This document shows positions 59,216 to 64,000 of a stretch of DNA of 64,000 bases, piece by piece. The position numbers were made by a program, and so were the translations under genes. This DNA is from an uncultured delta proteobacterium (GTDB lineage: Bacteria > Desulfobacterota > Binatia > Binatales > Binataceae): positions 352,001 to 416,000 of the forward strand of contig CAVRVY010000002.1 of NCBI GenBank assembly GCA_963724765.1, given 5' to 3'. A model generated the notes under the pieces. It did no database searches. It was not told where the DNA came from and saw only the letters and a program-made list of their open reading frames with translations. Positions within the stretch are counted from its first letter, which is position 1. Each line of letters begins with the position of its first letter.

Positions 59216-60216
59216 CAGCGGCCATCCTCTTCGCGCGTGCGGGTGACGAAACGATGGCCCGTTAAGTGAACGAAAACGTCCTCCAGCGTGGGCCGGCCGA
59301 AGGTCACCGATTCGATCTCGCCGCCGAATTCGTCGACCAGCCGTGCCACCAGTTCGTGTCCGCGCGGCCGTTCGATCCGCAGCGTGCCGTCGACCAGTGC
59401 CGCGTCGATCTGGAACCGACCGGCGATCTTCTGCGCCAGCGCCGCGGGGGCCGGCGCGCTTATGACCATCACGTCGCCGCCGACCCGTTGCTTGAGCTCG
59501 CCTGGCGGCGCGATCGCCACCAGCCGGCCCTGGTCGAGAATGCCGATGCGGTCGCAGCGCTCGGCCTCTTCCATGTAGTGCGTGGTAAGGACGATAGTGA
59601 CGCCGTCGCTTTCGCGCAGAAGCGTAAGCAGGTTGAAGAACTCGCGCCGTGCAGCGGGGTCAAGGCCGGTGCTCGGTTCGTCGAGCAGCAGCAGTTCGGG
59701 CTCGTGCAGCAGGGCCTTGGCCAGCTCGACCCGCCGGCGCAGTCCGCCCGAGAGCGCCTCGGCGAGGTCGCTCGCGCGATCGCTCACGTTCAGGCGCGCC
59801 AGCATCGCCTGCGTGCGTTCTTTGAGCCGCGCACCGTGCATCCCGTAGAGGTTGCCGTGGATCGTGAGGTTCTCGGCCACGGTCAGCTTGCCGTCGAGGC
59901 TGGGACTCTGGAAGACCACGCCGATCTTGCGCCGCAGCGCCTGGGTCGCGCCGCGCAAGTCGTAACCCAGGATGCGCGCGTTGCCGGACTGGATCGGCAC
60001 CAGGGTCGAGAGCAGCCGGAACAGCGTGCTCTTGCCGCCGCCGTTGGGGCCGAGAAAGCCGAAGATCTCGCCGCGCGCGATGATGAATTCGACCGCGCGG
60101 AGCGCCTGCCGATCGCCATAGCTGAAGTCGAGACCCGCGACTTCGATCGCGGGTTCGGCGGACATCTGCGCGGCGCGCTCAGCTTGCGACGCGCCCGTTG
60201 CTGCTGAAGCATTCAT
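59215..60216 (-). CDS. ABC exporter ATP-binding protein (DrrA/NodI-like)
   Basis: GPNGGGKST, LSGGLRRR, LLLDEP, TTHYMEEA, TLEDVFVHLTG; likely ATG 60216. Confidence 0.95.
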   Translation of the reverse strand: MNASAATGASQAERAAQMSAEPAIEVAGLDFSYGDRQALRAVEFIIARGEIFGFLGPNGGGKSTLFRLLSTLVPIQSGNARILGYDLRGATQALRRKIGVVFQSPSLDGKLTVAENLTIHGNLYGMHGARLKERTQAMLARLNVSDRASDLAEALSGGLRRRVELAKALLHEPELLLLDEPSTGLDPAARREFFNLLTLLRESDGVTIVLTTHYMEEAERCDRIGILDQGRLVAIAPPGELKQRVGGDVMVISAPAPAALAQKIAGRFQIDAALVDGTLRIERPRGHELVARLVDEFGGEIESVTFGRPTLEDVFVHLTGHRFVTRTREEDGR

Positions 60217-60312
60217 GTAGAGGACTCGACCGATGATTATTCCGCGCCGGGGCATCGGTAGCAATCCGCCCGGCAATCTTGTCCCGCGCACCTGCGTCCT
60301 GCGTGCGCGCGA

Positions 60313-61134
60313 TTGCGCGGACGCATCGGCTCGGCTAAAGCCTTGTGCCTTGTGAGTGAAGGGCGGCGCGCGCGGGTCGATTTTTTTCAACTATTCGAAC
60401 GAATGGGGCGCGGTCGCTTGCTCGATATCCCGGCCGGCGCGGGCGGCGAGTCGGCGCGGCTCGAGCGGATGGGCTTCGAGGTAGTCTCGGCCGATCTTTT
60501 TCCGCCGTCCGCTGGCGCGCCGGCCCCGCGATGGGTCCGCGCCGACTGCAACGCGCAGTTGCCCTTTCGCTCCGGCGCCTTCGACGCCGTGCTCTCGCGC
60601 GAGGGTATCGAGCATTTCGAAAACCAGGCCGGCTTCGTGCGTGAGTGCGCCCGCGTGTTGCGTCCCGGTGGCCGGATCGTGCTGACCACGCCCAACGTGA
60701 TGCACTTAAGTGCGCGGCTGAGCGCGATGCTTACCGGGCAGCGCACGATGCGCCGCGGACTGGCCAATGAAGTCGAGACGCTGCGCGCGCGCTCGGGGAG
60801 CCGCTTCTACCACGGGCATATTTTCCTTATCGATTATTTCCGCCTGCGCTACCTGATGCGCCTGGCGGGGCTCGGCGCGATCGAGGTCTACACCGATCGC
60901 TTCAGCCCGTCGTCGATCGCGCTTGCGCCGATAGCGCCGGCGATGTACGCGGCCTCACGCGGCGCGGTCGCCGCGTTTGCCCGCAAGGCGCGCCAGCATC
61001 GCCGCGCCGTCGCGCCGCCCGAGCTTACCGCCGAGATTATGCGCCACGTTTTCTCGCCCGCGCTCCTGTTCGGCAAGCGGATGATCGTGACCGCGGTGCG
61101 CGAAGCCGCACCCGCGAACGCGCTAAGACGCTGA
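60313..61134 (+). CDS. Class I SAM-dependent methyltransferase (start uncertain)
   Basis: LLDIPAGAG, LPFRSGAFDAV, IEH, RVLRPGG.IVLTTPN. Confidence 0.87.
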   Translation: MRGRIGSAKALCLVSEGRRARVDFFQLFERMGRGRLLDIPAGAGGESARLERMGFEVVSADLFPPSAGAPAPRWVRADCNAQLPFRSGAFDAVLSREGIEHFENQAGFVRECARVLRPGGRIVLTTPNVMHLSARLSAMLTGQRTMRRGLANEVETLRARSGSRFYHGHIFLIDYFRLRYLMRLAGLGAIEVYTDRFSPSSIALAPIAPAMYAASRGAVAAFARKARQHRRAVAPPELTAEIMRHVFSPALLFGKRMIVTAVREAAPANALRR

Positions 61135-61917
61135 GGCCGCGCCCGAGGCGCCGCCCGCCTTGAGCATCGCGAAGAACTCACGGATGCGGTTGTAGTTCAC
61201 GCCGAAGTCGCCGGTGCCGTCGCGCGAGCGCGAACGCATCTCGACCAGGCTGCTGTTCGCGTCAGGGCCCGGACGCACCTGGATCACGAAGTCGTCGCGA
61301 AAGCGGAACAGCCGGGAGATCTCGACTCCCTCAATCGTTCGCGTCGCCGGGTCGATATAAACGATGAACCAACCCGGCGCCGATGGAATCTGATCGGTCA
61401 TCTGCCGGCCAACCAGGCGCGCGACGTTGGCCGCTGCTTTCACTGCGGCGAAGGCGTCGTCGGGCTTTTCGTCGAGCCGCAGCGGATCGAGCTTCGGATA
61501 ATACCTGGTCTGGATAGGCGCCAACCTGGCGCGGTCGTATTTCATCGAGTCGGCCGACAATCCCGGCGGATTAACGAACTGTGGCGGATTATCGTAGTCG
61601 GTGGTGATGTCGTTAATGTTCGGATACGGCATCGACCACCAGCGCCACATCGTGAATCCAACCGGGACGGCGACGAGCAGGCCCAGCACGATACCGGCGA
61701 CGGCCCTGGGCCGCCCGGGCCGGCGCTCGGGGGACGAGGTGCGGGCGAGACCTGCCAGTCCGAAGATCACTGCAAGGATCGCGATTACGAAGCTCAGCAG
61801 GAATGCCAGGAAGCCGGTCATGGGCGCGATCGCACCCTGACTCGCTCCCGCCACGCCCGTTGCGAACAGCACGATGGCGAATATCGCATTAAATATGGAA
61901 AGCCACGCCGGGATCAT
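61123..61917 (-). CDS. DUF1499-like membrane protein
   Basis: Three N-terminal TMs, INDITTD..NPP, LFRFRDD, RSRSRDG.GDFGVN..RI. Confidence 0.82.
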   Translation of the reverse strand: MIPAWLSIFNAIFAIVLFATGVAGASQGAIAPMTGFLAFLLSFVIAILAVIFGLAGLARTSSPERRPGRPRAVAGIVLGLLVAVPVGFTMWRWWSMPYPNINDITTDYDNPPQFVNPPGLSADSMKYDRARLAPIQTRYYPKLDPLRLDEKPDDAFAAVKAAANVARLVGRQMTDQIPSAPGWFIVYIDPATRTIEGVEISRLFRFRDDFVIQVRPGPDANSSLVEMRSRSRDGTGDFGVNYNRIREFFAMLKAGGASGAASAS

Positions 61918-61970
61918 CGCGGGATATGCAGAGCTGGTCGGGATTCGATCATCGCCGCGAATTGTCCTCT

Positions 61971-63056
61971 TTAATTCCGCGGGTAACCGAATTCGTCGAA
62001 CATTTCAGGCCAGCGAGCTTGAACCAGCCCGCGCCAGTTGGCTGAATGCGTCTCGGCTGAATGCGTCGCGGAGGGTGGATTTTGTGCCATGTACGCGCTC
62101 ACCTTCGGCAATAGCGGGGACGGATCGCCCAGAGCCAGTCGTTCATATAGAAGCTCAATTGTGCGGCACGGGTCAGCAACCAGATCCTCGTAGCGGACGG
62201 TCTCAACCCGGTCGTCGGGCAGCGTCCGCAAGGCGCTTTGTAGCTTTCGCTCCAGCGTAAGCCGCGTTCCCAGAATCCGCTCGATCAGAACTTCCTGCGC
62301 GAGCGGTGCGGCTAGCGCATAGCGCTCCCACATGTTGCGCCAGAGCCTCAAAGTCGAAGCAAAAACGGCGCATGGCTCGCGCACCAGCCGAATGAACCTC
62401 GCGCCGGGGAAGAGCGTACAGAGCCTCGCAATCCGAAACGAGTTGGCCGGAGATTTGACCAGCAGCCGCTTGTTTGTACCACACACGTAGGCCGTCGCTT
62501 TCAGGATCCACGTAATCGCGCCGTTCCATCGAAGCTCCTGTGAAGGCTCGAAGAGGTCCGGGTCGCATAAGGCCTCGAACTGACGCAGCGCCGAGGGGAA
62601 TACGAAGGCTTCGTAGGGTGACGTCGCGCCCATGCAGAGCAGGGCGAACTCTTCCTCCTGCGGTGAGGAAGATGAAACGGTCATATCGCCGGTCGGCCGG
62701 GCCAGCCGTGTCGCAGCGGGCGCGCGATGGTGCGCGAGCAGGAATTGATGGGGATTGAAGCAGGCGTATGTGCTGGGAGCGGCAAAGTCCTCGTCCAGCG
62801 CGAGCAACTCGTGCAGCAGGGTCGTTCCGCTGCGCCAATGTCCTACGAGGAAGAGCGGCGGCCTGAGATCGAGTTGGTCCAGGGTGCGCCGGTACGTTCG
62901 CGCCTGGATTGTCCCGATCGCGGAGAACACGCTTGCGGTCAGCCAGAAGCGCAATTCGAGGGCGCGATCGATCGGGTCGGGATGACGTCCCCGGATACTG
63001 CGCCATGCGGAGAGATTCAGATTGAATACCGGCCGAGACCAGGCACCCGAACTCAT
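61971..63056 (-). CDS. Sulfotransferase family protein (Sulfotransfer_3-like)
   Basis: PAPS-binding motif FLVGHWRSGTTLLH, PQEEE, LVKSP, R.P...FAS, VRYEDL. Confidence 0.9.
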   Translation of the reverse strand: MSSGAWSRPVFNLNLSAWRSIRGRHPDPIDRALELRFWLTASVFSAIGTIQARTYRRTLDQLDLRPPLFLVGHWRSGTTLLHELLALDEDFAAPSTYACFNPHQFLLAHHRAPAATRLARPTGDMTVSSSSPQEEEFALLCMGATSPYEAFVFPSALRQFEALCDPDLFEPSQELRWNGAITWILKATAYVCGTNKRLLVKSPANSFRIARLCTLFPGARFIRLVREPCAVFASTLRLWRNMWERYALAAPLAQEVLIERILGTRLTLERKLQSALRTLPDDRVETVRYEDLVADPCRTIELLYERLALGDPSPLLPKVSAYMAQNPPSATHSAETHSANWRGLVQARWPEMFDEFGYPRN

Positions 63057-64000
63057 CGAGAGGCGCCTGGAGGGTTGTTATTGAGCGCATTGCCAAAGCG
63101 CTGGTGGATGTCCGCTACCAGCGCCATCGTCATGCCGGGAGGATAAGGAGGATAAAGCGCGGGCATGGGGTGGTTTTCTTCGGGGTCACGGGCGATGTCG
63201 AAAAGCTCGACGCCGCCGGAGGGAAAATACCACACCAGATGATAGGGACCGGAATTCGCGGCGATCGACCCGACGGTGGGACGGCTAAAGGGATCCGATT
63301 GGGCGAGATACATCGAAAAGCTGGGTTGCGCCGCGGATGCCGCCTGCGTGGGCCCGATGAGCGAATGACCATCCATCCATGACGGCTTCCCGATTCCCAG
63401 CACGGCGAGAAGCGTGGGCGCGATATCGGCAAGGTCGCCGTCTTCGGATTCAGTATAGCCGCGGTTCTGGCCTGGCAACGAAATCAGCAGGGGAATGTGA
63501 GTCTCGGCATAGTGCAGATCCGGCGATTCGTGGCTCCACCAGCCGGCGGAGAAGTTCTCGCCATGATCGGCGGTCACAACCAGGACGGTATTCGCATCTC
63601 GACGGCTTGTCGCCATCCAGTCAAGGAATTCTCCCAGGGCGTTGTCGCATTCGGCGACACGCTCGTCGTAGCGGAGCCGCAGCAGATCGACGTCGTGCTG
63701 GATTTCCGGCGGATACTGCGACCCGGGCGTTTGCCAAAAGTACTGCGCTTGAGTGGTGAAGTCGGAACCCGGCAGAAAGCGGCCTAGAAAGCGCGGGTCC
63801 GTCACGTAGGGCGCATGAGGTGGGTACAGGTGAACCCACAGGAAGTAGGGCGTGCGCGCGCCGTCGATAAAGTCCCGGGCTGAGGCGAAGACCGCACGCG
63901 GCTCGACCCAGCTCACTTTGTTGAACAAGCCGAAAAGAGAGCTGAACCGAAGGAACGCGTTGACCGCAACGCCGTTGACGGCGTTGAAGAGCAGGCCATG
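63053..64000 (-). CDS. Sulfatase / alkaline-phosphatase-superfamily protein, 5' part outside the window
   Basis: FLWVHLYPPHAPY, YDERV...D, TADHGE, HIPLLI, DIAPTLL; frame open to position 64000; stop overlaps the sulfotransferase ATG. Confidence 0.87.
   Translation of the reverse strand, partial: HGLLFNAVNGVAVNAFLRFSSLFGLFNKVSWVEPRAVFASARDFIDGARTPYFLWVHLYPPHAPYVTDPRFLGRFLPGSDFTTQAQYFWQTPGSQYPPEIQHDVDLLRLRYDERVAECDNALGEFLDWMATSRRDANTVLVVTADHGENFSAGWWSHESPDLHYAETHIPLLISLPGQNRGYTESEDGDLADIAPTLLAVLGIGKPSWMDGHSLIGPTQAASAAQPSFSMYLAQSDPFSRPTVGSIAANSGPYHLVWYFPSGGVELFDIARDPEENHPMPALYPPYPPGMTMALVADIHQRFGNALNNNPPGASR

Noticed and set aside
62041-62070. 15-bp near-duplication in the sulfotransferase 3' end
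   Set aside because: In-frame micro-duplication (ATHSA/ETHSA) in a variable tail, with no evident wider significance

Overview
This window is a high-GC bacterial chromosome segment. Gene content and order suggest a deltaproteobacteria-like or Binatota-like lineage, which is an inference only. Positions 1 to about 7350 are visibly lower in GC and hold a decayed integrative element of the phage-satellite (PICI/P4) type. It contains a shattered tyrosine integrase, an intact AlpA-type excisionase, a TOPRIM-primase/SF3-helicase pseudogene with 8 internal stops, small ORFs and three different iteron-like repeat clusters. The remainder is mostly core genes: folD, gcvT-gcvPA-gcvPB (no gcvH), mobA, mutS-amidase-glnD-xerD-M50 protease-scpAB, recD2, argS-SPOR and trpEGDCFBA-accD-folC-Nudix. 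A 13-kb catabolic cluster (24.4-37.0 kb) encodes a GNAT/acyl-CoA synthetase fusion, a PrpF-family isomerase, two divergent TcuA-like flavoproteins, a PrpB-like lyase, an HpaB-like monooxygenase, a VOC enzyme, an amidohydrolase and a MetE-like Zn enzyme. The right end has a RES-Xre toxin-antitoxin pair, an ABC-2 exporter, a methyltransferase and a sulfatase/sulfotransferase pair. Best leads: (1) the TcuA x2 + PrpF + PrpB module without PrpC/PrpD/TcuB, a candidate new (methyl)tricarboxylate pathway; (2) an unannotated Trp-Trp-Trp leader peptide and attenuator before trpE; (3) a sigma54-type promoter with phased upstream repeats ahead of two tiny membrane proteins; (4) three origin-like repeat arrays in one satellite relic. 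Single-base frameshifts in trpE, the ABC permease and an outer-membrane gene may be assembly errors. I recognised no tRNA, rRNA or CRISPR array. All family calls come from reading motifs by eye; no database search was run.
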